A stretch of 64,000 nucleotides of DNA from a virus. Below the pieces are notes generated by a model. That model searched no databases. It had not been told where the DNA came from and saw only the letters and a list, made by a program, of their open reading frames with translations. The stretch is taken from IMG/VR virus record IMGVR_UViG_3300009103_000003, positions 117,200 to 181,199 of that record. One strand, written 5' to 3'. Each line of letters opens with the position of its first letter. Within the stretch, counting starts at the first letter, position 1. Both the position numbers and the translations under genes were made by a program. Below, one piece after another: positions 1 through 8,058 of the stretch.

Positions 1-927
1 TTGACCAACTAGCGAGCCAAATAGCGAGCCTACATCCATCCTTAAGACGGGCATACCCCAATCATGTCCGATGCACTTTGAGACAAGGCTTTTACCTGTT
101 CCTGGGATTCCTACAATAAGAACTCCGCGTGGGTTAGGTAGTCCGTACTCTCGTGCTTCTTCACTGAACGAGCCGCCCCGTTGGTGCAGCCACTTCTTCA
201 GATTCTCAAGCCCCCCAACAGAGTTCATGTCTCTGTCAACATCGTAGAACTGGAGCACCCCACTCTTTCGGATGATGTGCTTTTTCTCCTCAATGATTAT
301 TTGGGGGTCGAGCATGCTCGCATGGGCTAGAGACTTCGCAAAGACGTTTTCGGCTTCAGCCAATGTTAGTCCGAGTGCTGCGTTTGACCCAATGTCCACC
401 ATGTTGTTTCTAGCGTCCTCTTGCAAGGTTGCCGTGGCTGCACAGTCGGCCATCAAAAGATGTGCTGTCCCGTTTAGCTCTTGAATACTTGGTAGATCAA
501 AATCAACTACTGCAATAAGCTTCTCTAACCGAGGCGGGATCTCAAGCTCAGAGTCAACAATAACGATGTTGATTCCTGGGCCTAGATTAGAAAGGGTATC
601 TCTCAGCTTACGCTGAACCAAATACTCTGGTCCGGTGTTAAGAAAATTAGCAAAGTCTCGTAATAGGAATACGCCGGATTCTCTATACCCCTGGATATAA
701 TCCAGAACATCTAGAGGTCCGTCGAGTTCTGAAAGAACATTTTCACCGCAACGGCAACCTTCAGTGATTGACCAAACATGTAATTTGGAATTCAACCCCT
801 GCTTGTTGTTCCGTCTCTCGATTATTCCTGATAAGCACTGCTCTACCCGACCTTCTTCGTAGGAAACTACAAAGATGGCCGGGTAGGCAGCACGAATCAG
901 AAGGTCGAGTTCTTCGACCGACCTCAT
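1..927 (-). CDS. AAA+ ATPase, Ycf46-like (partial, runs off the window start)
   Basis: Not in the ORF track; translated by hand: MRSVEELDLLIRAAYPAIFVVSYEEGRV...FLLRDFANFL...EIPPRLEKLIAVVDFDLP...ARE YGLPNPRGVLIVGIPGTGKSLVSKCIGHDWGMPVLRMDVGSLFGSLVGQ (Walker A GIPGTGKS). ATG at 927 abuts the parB TAA stop. Confidence 0.85.
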   Translation of the reverse strand, partial: MRSVEELDLLIRAAYPAIFVVSYEEGRVEQCLSGIIERRNNKQGLNSKLHVWSITEGCRCGENVLSELDGPLDVLDYIQGYRESGVFLLRDFANFLNTGPEYLVQRKLRDTLSNLGPGINIVIVDSELEIPPRLEKLIAVVDFDLPSIQELNGTAHLLMADCAATATLQEDARNNMVDIGSNAALGLTLAEAENVFAKSLAHASMLDPQIIIEEKKHIIRKSGVLQFYDVDRDMNSVGGLENLKKWLHQRGGSFSEEAREYGLPNPRGVLIVGIPGTGKSLVSKCIGHDWGMPVLRMDVGSLFGSLVGQ

Positions 928-1848
928 TTATTCGCCTACTCGAATCTTCTTTCGACGCTTTTTCTTCACGGGTGCTGGGGCTTCTTCCTCAACGACCACA
1001 CCATCGGCCTCGTCAACTCGATACAACATATCTTCCGTATCTAGCTCACAAAAGTACCAACGGATTACTTGGGCCAAGGAACGACGATGTTCTTCATCAA
1101 CACCGTCAGCATCAGCGGTCGCCAAGAGAGTACGAAGTTCTTCAACTTCTCGCTTAGACCTGTAGGTCTTTGCTCGCTTCCGCTGCTCGGTTGCAGGGAT
1201 TCCCTTGTCTTCCGTAGTCAAGATCTGCTCAAGAATCTCTGTCTGCTTAGCAACATCAGGAGTTCCATCTTCCTTCAATACCCGTGACAGCTTCTTAGCC
1301 TGGGTAAGTCGGATGTTCCCGTGTCGCAGAGCTTCAAAAGCCTCCTTGCACAAACCTCGGTAGGTCGAGGTCATGACACTTACCTGAGGCTGTGAAACAG
1401 ATAGCATAGCTGCCACCTCTTCCTGATGCCCAACTCGATCAACGAGCTTGGCAATCGCCTCACACTGGTCTGCGTGATTCAGCGAACTTCGCTGCATATT
1501 TTCACTCAGGTTTAGCGCGAGAGCCTCTTCCAAGGACCCGGTAAATACCGAGCACTGGATTTGGTCATAGAATTTACTTGTATCCTCGTTCGCCTCCTTT
1601 AGAGCAGCACGCTCCTCAGAAATAGCTTGATAACGACGATAACCTGCGAGCAGAACCAGCCTCTCAGCCCCATCCTCGTCCTTATATACTCGGACGATGG
1701 GCGGGTTCAGAAGGCCGTCCCGCTTAATAGAGTCGCGTAGCTCTGCGACCTCGAATGCATTAGCCTTCCGACAATTCTGGAAGCCGTCTGCGTTTCTCTC
1801 AATGTCGTCAAAATTAAACTTCTTCAGACGTAGTTGACGCTGCGTCAT
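928..1848 (-). CDS. ParB/Srx N-terminal domain protein with HTH-like region
   Basis: LRDSIKRDGLLNPPIVR...LLAGYRRYQA ParB-box motifs; NLSENMQRSSLNHADQ; HTH-like EEVAAMLSVSQPQVS. Confidence 0.8.
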   Translation of the reverse strand: MTQRQLRLKKFNFDDIERNADGFQNCRKANAFEVAELRDSIKRDGLLNPPIVRVYKDEDGAERLVLLAGYRRYQAISEERAALKEANEDTSKFYDQIQCSVFTGSLEEALALNLSENMQRSSLNHADQCEAIAKLVDRVGHQEEVAAMLSVSQPQVSVMTSTYRGLCKEAFEALRHGNIRLTQAKKLSRVLKEDGTPDVAKQTEILEQILTTEDKGIPATEQRKRAKTYRSKREVEELRTLLATADADGVDEEHRRSLAQVIRWYFCELDTEDMLYRVDEADGVVVEEEAPAPVKKKRRKKIRVGE

Positions 1849-1995
1849 TAGTTTCTCCTTACTTCGATCTCAGTGATTGTATTATTAAGTTGATATTACT
1901 ACGGGATAATACCGCAATAGCCGAGCAATAGTAATAATCCTCTAGTTTTACCTTTTGTAGCAATATCCACCCAAAGGTCTCAGCAAACATGCTTT

Positions 1996-2112
1996 TTGAC
2001 AACATACTTATTGTCAATGACAAGTCCTGCCTGTCAACTGAAAACATAGTGTTTACCTATATTTAGAGGATGTTTTCCGCTCGGCGGTAGGTGACAACAG
2101 AGTTATTGTCAC
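1996..2112. promoter_or_regulatory. Three TGACA-N9/10-TGTCA inverted-repeat sites upstream of parB
   Basis: TTGACAA-catactta-TTGTCAA (1996-2017), TGACA-N9-TGTCA (2018-2036), GTGACAA-N8-TTGTCAC (2091-2112). Confidence 0.6.
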
Positions 2113-2118
2113 CCATCC

Positions 2119-3189
2119 TTACTCATCTCCTTTTGTATAGATTGCTCTTCTCCTCCTACCCTGCGCCTTTACTGATGTAGATCCATCAATGAAAGGTTTT
2201 AATGCCGCAGGGTCCCCAACAACCGTTACAGAACCATCTGGTAGCAGTTGTATCTTAATCCCTGGTAGCTCTAACCAGATTTGGTCAGAGACTGCCGTCA
2301 ACTTTTGTAGACTGGGATAGTACTGCTTCAGGTTCTGAAGCTCTGTTCCCAGAGCCATTAAGGTTGAGGGTCTGGCAGTAGTAGCAATCTCTCCAGAGTC
2401 TCTTCTATGCTTGTGAATAGCTTCTCTCTCTAACCTGTCAAAGTCTGTCCTTCTTAGGGTGTCCATTTCAGTTGTTAGAGTCGTAAACCACTCATTCGCT
2501 TCTATATAGGCTGTCTTTCTACCAGCCTCTAACTTTAATCTTCCAAGCATCTTCCCTAGGATTACTCTTTCTTCTCCTATGGATACCAGCCTCTCCCTTG
2601 AATTGGAGAATGCTGTTAGGGCTTCCTGTAGTTTTTCATTTGAGTCAACAGGGTCCCCTGATGCTGAACAATACTTTTCTCTTAGCAGTGCAATACCGTT
2701 GGATGTTTCCTGAACGGTTGCTCTAGCTTCTTGGATACCACCTATGAGTGAAGTTACATCTACTTCATCTTTCTCAAGTAACCCACCAAGACTGGCTATA
2801 CGACTTCTAAAGGTAGTCAGAAACTCTCTAGTAAACTTAAATGTATGTAAGCAGCTTTTAGGGTTTCTGGCTAACTTGTCTAGCGCATATTGTTTACCTG
2901 TTACGAAGGGTGGTGTACTTCGGTATGTTTTACATCCCTTCAGAAGGGTAGCTGTTTCAGCATCCATTATTCTAAAAGGCATATAGATATGTACCCAGGC
3001 TTCGTTGTCCTCTTTCCAAAGGTATACGTGCCCACGTTCAATTGGTGTTAAATCTTGCTCATCCCAGGGAGCACCATCTACAGGGTCTATGAAATCATTT
3101 CTAGACCAGCGACTGGTATTTGAGGTAGGATGGCAAACCACTTGGATGTGAGGTTCAGCCCGGATGTTCAAAAGCTCATGTGCTGCCAT
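2119..3189 (-). CDS. Hypothetical protein with coiled-coil C-terminal half
   Basis: Long ORF; start moved to MAAHELL after a GGAGG SD. Confidence 0.7.
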   Translation of the reverse strand: MAAHELLNIRAEPHIQVVCHPTSNTSRWSRNDFIDPVDGAPWDEQDLTPIERGHVYLWKEDNEAWVHIYMPFRIMDAETATLLKGCKTYRSTPPFVTGKQYALDKLARNPKSCLHTFKFTREFLTTFRSRIASLGGLLEKDEVDVTSLIGGIQEARATVQETSNGIALLREKYCSASGDPVDSNEKLQEALTAFSNSRERLVSIGEERVILGKMLGRLKLEAGRKTAYIEANEWFTTLTTEMDTLRRTDFDRLEREAIHKHRRDSGEIATTARPSTLMALGTELQNLKQYYPSLQKLTAVSDQIWLELPGIKIQLLPDGSVTVVGDPAALKPFIDGSTSVKAQGRRRRAIYTKGDE

Positions 3190-3220
3190 TAAACCTCCTT
3201 CGGGGAATAAGTGTGTTAGG

Positions 3221-3334
3221 GTGACAGACATTTGGTTGTCAACACACTTATACCAGATATCTGCTGTAAGTAGCCGTTAAACCTGGATTTCTGTGACAGC
3301 TTTGGGGTTGTCACTGACAACCACCCACTTGTCA
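3221..3334. promoter_or_regulatory. Three TGACA-N10-TGTCA inverted-repeat sites plus a GGTATAAG motif
   Basis: Sites at 3222-3241, 3294-3313 and 3315-3334; CTTATACC at 3247-3254. Confidence 0.6.
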
Positions 3335-3342
3335 TTAATGAT

Positions 3343-3388
3343 AAAAAACAGAGTAGGGTGGGGACGCGACAAAAGTCACGCCCCCACC
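3343..3388 (-). terminator. Probable intrinsic terminator closing the Ubl operon
   Basis: GC-rich stem ggtgggg-a-cgcgac/gtcacg-cccccacc; a T-run follows on the minus strand. Confidence 0.5.
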
Positions 3389-3402
3389 ACTAACATAGAA
3401 TA

Positions 3403-4224
3403 TTACTGACCTTCAACCACATTGTTGCTTGGGGTCTTGGAATGCTTCGGTGCAGCGGCCTTCACGGCATACTGACGAACCTTCTTAAACCTGAACCCAT
3501 GCTCCCTCATCAAAGAGGTCTGTGCAGTTGACAGAGCAGATGTAATGGCTACCTGACTACTCTCGCTGTCCCAGGCACCCTCAACGCACTTGGCGTAGGT
3601 GGGCTGAACAAACTGAGCGATGTATTCAGGAACATCAACAACCAATTTCAGGCCCCGCTTTTCCGCGAGGTCGGAAAGATAGAATGGAACACCCATCAGG
3701 CCCAACGCCTTTGTGGTGGTCTCATCCATCACCCCCTCCTCCACAGAGAGGCCGGTGCCGCTTGCAACCAAGTCCTTCAGGGCTTCGAAGTTGTGAGGCT
3801 TCTCTTTGGCGTCTCGGTACTTGATAGCACACGAAAGAAACGCACAGATGAACTCCTCACGGGCTCGGGCCTTTTCAGCCTTGGTAGGCTTCTTGGAACC
3901 ACGCTTCCACCCACCCCTGGTGATGAAGTTCAACGCGGCAGAGCCGTCGAAGTAACCATCGCAGGACAGAGTGAACCCGAACTTGCATTGCCAAGTCCGC
4001 TTCCCATCGCTGTACTCTGGAACACCTGAGTAGTAAACCGCCTTGGTATCGGGGTCCACCACACGGAGCATCCGCGTGACAACGTTATTATAAGTAATAG
4101 TAATAACATCTGGTGCCCGCTCCGGGTCAATCAGATTCAGCATAGCTTGCCCCATACCGGGAAGCTTCCATTTGGACTTGTTTGGGCCAGTCTTCTGACC
4201 TTGGTTGTTATCGTTGGTAGCCAT
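3403..4224 (-). CDS. Hypothetical protein, last gene of the Ubl operon
   Basis: 273-aa ORF with SD, 32 bp after the E1 gene. Confidence 0.75.
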   Translation of the reverse strand: MATNDNNQGQKTGPNKSKWKLPGMGQAMLNLIDPERAPDVITITYNNVVTRMLRVVDPDTKAVYYSGVPEYSDGKRTWQCKFGFTLSCDGYFDGSAALNFITRGGWKRGSKKPTKAEKARAREEFICAFLSCAIKYRDAKEKPHNFEALKDLVASGTGLSVEEGVMDETTTKALGLMGVPFYLSDLAEKRGLKLVVDVPEYIAQFVQPTYAKCVEGAWDSESSQVAITSALSTAQTSLMREHGFRFKKVRQYAVKAAAPKHSKTPSNNVVEGQ

Positions 4225-4255
4225 AACACATCTCCTCTTATAAAATTTTTATAAG

Positions 4256-4921
4256 CTAGCTCGCAGAATTGCGATTTAAGTGGAAGTTGAGGAAGTCTAC
4301 ATCCACTGAATAATTTATCTCATCACCGATAATACTTTTGGCAACGAGAGCACAAATAATACTTGAAATGCCATATGCGCAGAAAATTGTGCTTTTTTCT
4401 GTGCACGGTAGCTGCACCGCTTCTTCGTCAGGAAACAGACTTTGGTCGTAGTAGGAAACGCTGTTTGCATTTGATTTGTCTACATAGAAGACAGATCCTT
4501 CACGCGCTCCCATACGACCGTCCAGGAAATACTTTGCTCCGCTGCTTACAAGAAAGCTTGACCAGATATCTGAGCGAGCAGACATATTGTCCACTGCTGA
4601 GATTACATAGTCTTCTTGGAAGGTTTCACCCCCCTCGAACTTCCTGTCTTCAGCGATGATTTCCGCACCGGTTCCTTCCGATAGCCGTTGCTGCAAGGCT
4701 TCACATTTCTTATACCCAATTTCGGTCACGAAATAGCCTTGATTGGCTACGTTGTGAGACTCGACATCGTCAAAGTCATAGATGCGTATCTTTCGAATAC
4801 CCATCTTGCACAAGGCTTCAGCAACATGGGACCCAATAGCCCCTGCGCCAACAATAGCTACAGAGCGGTTCTGTACGATTTCGTCTGGGATAATTCCGGA
4901 CTGGCGTGTGGTATCAATCAT
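4256..4921 (-). CDS. E1-like ThiF/MoeB-family adenylyltransferase
   Basis: VAIVGAGAIG nucleotide-binding loop; DFDDVESHNVANQ; SAVDN; LDGRMG; candidate catalytic Cys in LPCTEK. Confidence 0.9.
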   Translation of the reverse strand: MIDTTRQSGIIPDEIVQNRSVAIVGAGAIGSHVAEALCKMGIRKIRIYDFDDVESHNVANQGYFVTEIGYKKCEALQQRLSEGTGAEIIAEDRKFEGGETFQEDYVISAVDNMSARSDIWSSFLVSSGAKYFLDGRMGAREGSVFYVDKSNANSVSYYDQSLFPDEEAVQLPCTEKSTIFCAYGISSIICALVAKSIIGDEINYSVDVDFLNFHLNRNSAS

Positions 4922-5937
4922 ACTGCCACCCCAACCGGCTCATCTTCATCCTCGTCGTCTTCTCCAAACTCTGCTGCTAGGATTTTCTGGACTTCATCGT
5001 CCTGTTCTTCGTCGTCCTTTTTGCTTCCGACGTCGTAGTACAGTCCAGACAACTCATCCAAAATTTCCTCTGTGCTCATTTCTTTTGCGTACCACTTAGA
5101 GTGATATTCAATGACCTCTGTAAGATCTACGATGTTTTCTTCGTAGAGTTCTGCCAGAAGCTCTAGTTCATCGGGCAACCGCAGAGACTCTTTTACGTAC
5201 TCAACATTCGCGATCAAGTCATCTTCGTCCGAAGCGCTTTCGCTTTTGTCGTCTCCAGCTTCTTTGCTTTGATGACCGCCGTCCCAGCCGATGTAGTCGT
5301 CGTCCCAGTGGCCGAAGAAGCTCTGGTGGCCGTTTACTTTTCCCGTGTATGAACCGGTAGTGTACTTTCTTGTGTGTTTGACAACATTTAGTTGCGTAGG
5401 CGCGGGTCGAGAGACGTGGTCTTCAACCATCTCCTTTGCCCAGCCGTCCTCCAAGATGCTTACCTGATCAACAGACCATCCACACTTTTCAAAGGAAAAC
5501 CTGAACGGGTTGTACATATCTACCCGGACATTGAGGTCTCTCTTTTTGTTGGAGATTACGCTAATACAGACCTTATCAAAATTGAATTCTTCAATTTGTT
5601 TCTCGTCTGTTCCGGAATGACCGGTATCCATATTTACATGGGAGTGCCACCATACACAGATTTGGTCTGAACTTATCCCCTGGTCCCTAAGCTCCAAAGA
5701 CACATCTGCATAAGAGTCCATATCGAAGACAGTACTGCCCCCAGTGCACTCTTGGTCTGGAACATAGAATTCTAGAACATAGAAAGGCTCTTTAATGCCC
5801 CACTCATTTCGTTGAGCATCTGTGGCAATAATACCAATTGCTGATATCTCAATTGGGCACTCATCAGTCAATGCTGTCATTTGTTGATATGCTTTTTGTG
5901 TAAATCGGACGGTTGGCTTTGTTAGAACTTTAGTCAT
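4918..5937 (-). CDS. JAB/MPN+ metallopeptidase (DUB-like) with acidic C-terminal extension
   Basis: PIEISAIG (catalytic Glu) and WWHSHVNMDTGHSGTD = HxH-x7-S-x2-D; stop overlaps the E1 start (ATGA). Confidence 0.85.
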   Translation of the reverse strand: MTKVLTKPTVRFTQKAYQQMTALTDECPIEISAIGIIATDAQRNEWGIKEPFYVLEFYVPDQECTGGSTVFDMDSYADVSLELRDQGISSDQICVWWHSHVNMDTGHSGTDEKQIEEFNFDKVCISVISNKKRDLNVRVDMYNPFRFSFEKCGWSVDQVSILEDGWAKEMVEDHVSRPAPTQLNVVKHTRKYTTGSYTGKVNGHQSFFGHWDDDYIGWDGGHQSKEAGDDKSESASDEDDLIANVEYVKESLRLPDELELLAELYEENIVDLTEVIEYHSKWYAKEMSTEEILDELSGLYYDVGSKKDDEEQDDEVQKILAAEFGEDDEDEDEPVGVAV

Positions 5938-7039
5938 TAGTTCCTCCTGGATTGGTTTGTTGTTGAGCGAAACGGGCTGCATACTCGTTTCTTGAGATGC
6001 AGGGTGTTCCGTTTATTCCTCTATATGATGCTGGCGGGTTTATCGGATGAACGTGATGAACCATGCAGCAGCTATGGCAGTGACCACAGCCGCTAAGGTC
6101 TTCTTGTTCTTGGATAGTTCCGCATTCGTTGCATCTAGGACACTCACAATCCGCCATGATGTGGTTCCCTGACTCACATACAGCGTTGTCCCATCTGTTT
6201 GGGCACCACGCAGATAAGTGTACGTACGGGTTCTCTCTATTATAATGTTGTAGAAAGTCCGTGAGCGTTTCGATTACTTTAGCGATATCCTTAACACCCA
6301 TATCTTGTATTAGGGTGGGTTGGATATTGCCTAGGCATGCTGCACCATGCTCGTTTAGATGTGGGTGCGGATAGTTTCTCCTGTTACCCTCATCCGGGTT
6401 AACGCTTTTGCAGTATACAGTGACTCGGTTTCCTCGAACGGGGTCACCGTTGTAAGTTACAGAGCAATCAAATTTACCAAAGTTGTGTGGGAGAACAGAT
6501 CCGAAACCATCTTTTATGAAGATATCGTTAGTTCTCCAAGTTAGTTTTTGCTCATCTGCACTGATTGTGGAGAACTTGATTGGGACACGCGTATCGATGA
6601 GACCCTCAATGAAACGAATCATCAACGCTCTTTTTTCGAAACCATCCTCTGTGTAGATTTCTCCGTTCAACTCCAAGCGCCTTTTTATCTGCGCAATAGC
6701 TCGCTCACACCTTTCCGCTCGGTCTCTTGCCTGAGAAGACTTTGAACTTCGGTCCATAAGCTTTTGTCTGGCAGCACGCGTTCTCGCTCTGGCACGGTCG
6801 TACTCTGCCTCCTTGGCAGCAAGGCGTTGCTGGGCTCGGGTATAGATAGCCGACCTAGCAGAGACCTTATTGTTGTGCATTCGTTCTGCGGCACGCTCTC
6901 TTTCTAGCGCGGCAGACAATTTTATAAGCTCTTTTGAAGCAAGACTTTCTGAGTCGGTGATGATGGTCTGAAGTTGTTTGGCAATCAGAGCGTCGTCACC
7001 ATTAAAAGTTAGTTCGTAGTTTTTTGCTGTTGATGCCAT
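5930..7039 (-). CDS. Prokaryotic E2-like protein: N-terminal coiled coil, E2-like core, Cys/His-rich C-terminus
   Basis: NYPHPHLNEHGAACLGN matches the E2 HPH...G..CL motif; C-terminal CPRCNEC...CGHCHSCC..HH; GGAGA SD at the 7039 start. Confidence 0.75.
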   Translation of the reverse strand: MASTAKNYELTFNGDDALIAKQLQTIITDSESLASKELIKLSAALERERAAERMHNNKVSARSAIYTRAQQRLAAKEAEYDRARARTRAARQKLMDRSSKSSQARDRAERCERAIAQIKRRLELNGEIYTEDGFEKRALMIRFIEGLIDTRVPIKFSTISADEQKLTWRTNDIFIKDGFGSVLPHNFGKFDCSVTYNGDPVRGNRVTVYCKSVNPDEGNRRNYPHPHLNEHGAACLGNIQPTLIQDMGVKDIAKVIETLTDFLQHYNRENPYVHLSAWCPNRWDNAVCESGNHIMADCECPRCNECGTIQEQEDLSGCGHCHSCCMVHHVHPINPPASYRGINGTPCISRNEYAARFAQQQTNPGGTND

Positions 7040-7049
7040 AGTTTCTCCA

Positions 7050-7087
7050 CAAAAAAATAGCGGATGCCCCCCGAAGGGGACACCCGC
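7050..7087 (-). terminator. Intrinsic terminator between the Ubl and E2 genes
   Basis: 12-bp stem gcgggtgtcccc-TTCG-gggggcatccgc (cUUCGg loop) followed by TATTTTTTT. Confidence 0.8.
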
Positions 7088-7152
7088 CACTTTTATTACT
7101 CGTTATATTATTGGTCAGGTATAACGAGTTTGGGTCAGGAGACTAGTAACGA

Positions 7153-7662
7153 CTACTGTCGTCCACCAGCAACCTTGTTACCAACCCAAATCTCATGCGG
7201 CCCTTCACCGAGAACGGTGCTGTTCGGGTCCGTAATGTCTGCGGTTTGGCCAGGGCCAACTCGTCGCTTGAAGGTGAGGCTGCGAATATCCCAGCCGCCC
7301 TCTTGCGTATTTAGCGTACTCACGATGTCTCCAAGAGTGGAGTCAGTGCGAACTTCAAGGCAACGGTCAGACTTACCATTTCGGATAAGCGTAACAACAC
7401 ACATGTCAGCGGCGCTGACTGTGCTTGTGGACGGGGCGGCGAAGGAGATGTTTCCTCCTCCGTTAACACCACCAGAACCATTAGTTCCGTTGCTGTTCGT
7501 TGCTGATTCAAGTCGGCTTTGCGCCTCGTTTACAGCAGACTGGAGCGCCTGCAAGCGGTCGAGGTTGCTTCGACTGTAGTCTGTTCCCATGTTGGCAACG
7601 AAAGAATCTCGTGCTGAGGTTGCTGACCCCAACGTTTCGTTCAAGTAATCAATGTTTTGCAT
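7153..7662 (-). CDS. Ubiquitin-like (beta-grasp) protein with N-terminal helical domain, ending KVAGG-RQ
   Basis: C-terminal ~80 aa (CVVTLIRNG..LEVRTDSTLGDIV..LTFKRR..EIWVGNKVAGGRQ) fits a beta-grasp pattern; di-Gly 2 residues from the C-terminus; first gene of the E2-JAB-E1 cluster. Confidence 0.75.
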   Translation of the reverse strand: MQNIDYLNETLGSATSARDSFVANMGTDYSRSNLDRLQALQSAVNEAQSRLESATNSNGTNGSGGVNGGGNISFAAPSTSTVSAADMCVVTLIRNGKSDRCLEVRTDSTLGDIVSTLNTQEGGWDIRSLTFKRRVGPGQTADITDPNSTVLGEGPHEIWVGNKVAGGRQ

Positions 7663-7677
7663 AACTAGTTAGTCTCC

Positions 7678-8037
7678 TTAGACTAGATCCCAACGGAAAC
7701 CGTTGAAAATCTTTTGTAGCTTACCCGTTATTTCTTCCATGCTTTCTGCATTGAGGGTAACTACTGATGAATCATCAAAATCTACACGAATTGCTCGTGG
7801 TACATTAGACATGTCTGGCGTTTGGCTTTTGCCGATATCGCCTGCTGTAGCGTAAACGCTATACTCTATAAATGTCACATTATCGTTCTCGAAGGATGGT
7901 CTCCGTCCCACATAGCAGGTCAAATCCCAGCCCTTGTGTGACGCTGTTTTAACCTTCTTTCGGTTCTCCAAAACTTTAGATATTAGCGCATAATAATCTT
8001 CACGCCCAGTTTCCGGAGTGTCAGTTCTCTCAACCAT
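7678..8037 (-). CDS. Hypothetical protein
   Basis: ORF with SD, tight packing. Confidence 0.65.
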   Translation of the reverse strand: MVERTDTPETGREDYYALISKVLENRKKVKTASHKGWDLTCYVGRRPSFENDNVTFIEYSVYATAGDIGKSQTPDMSNVPRAIRVDFDDSSVVTLNAESMEEITGKLQKIFNGFRWDLV

Positions 8038-8058
8038 TGATCCTCTTTTTCTGCTCGG

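Noticed and set aside
4256-4921. ThiF/MoeB as a thiamine or molybdopterin biosynthesis gene
   Set aside because: No thiG, thiS-type small carrier or moa genes nearby; it is coupled to JAB and E2-like genes instead.
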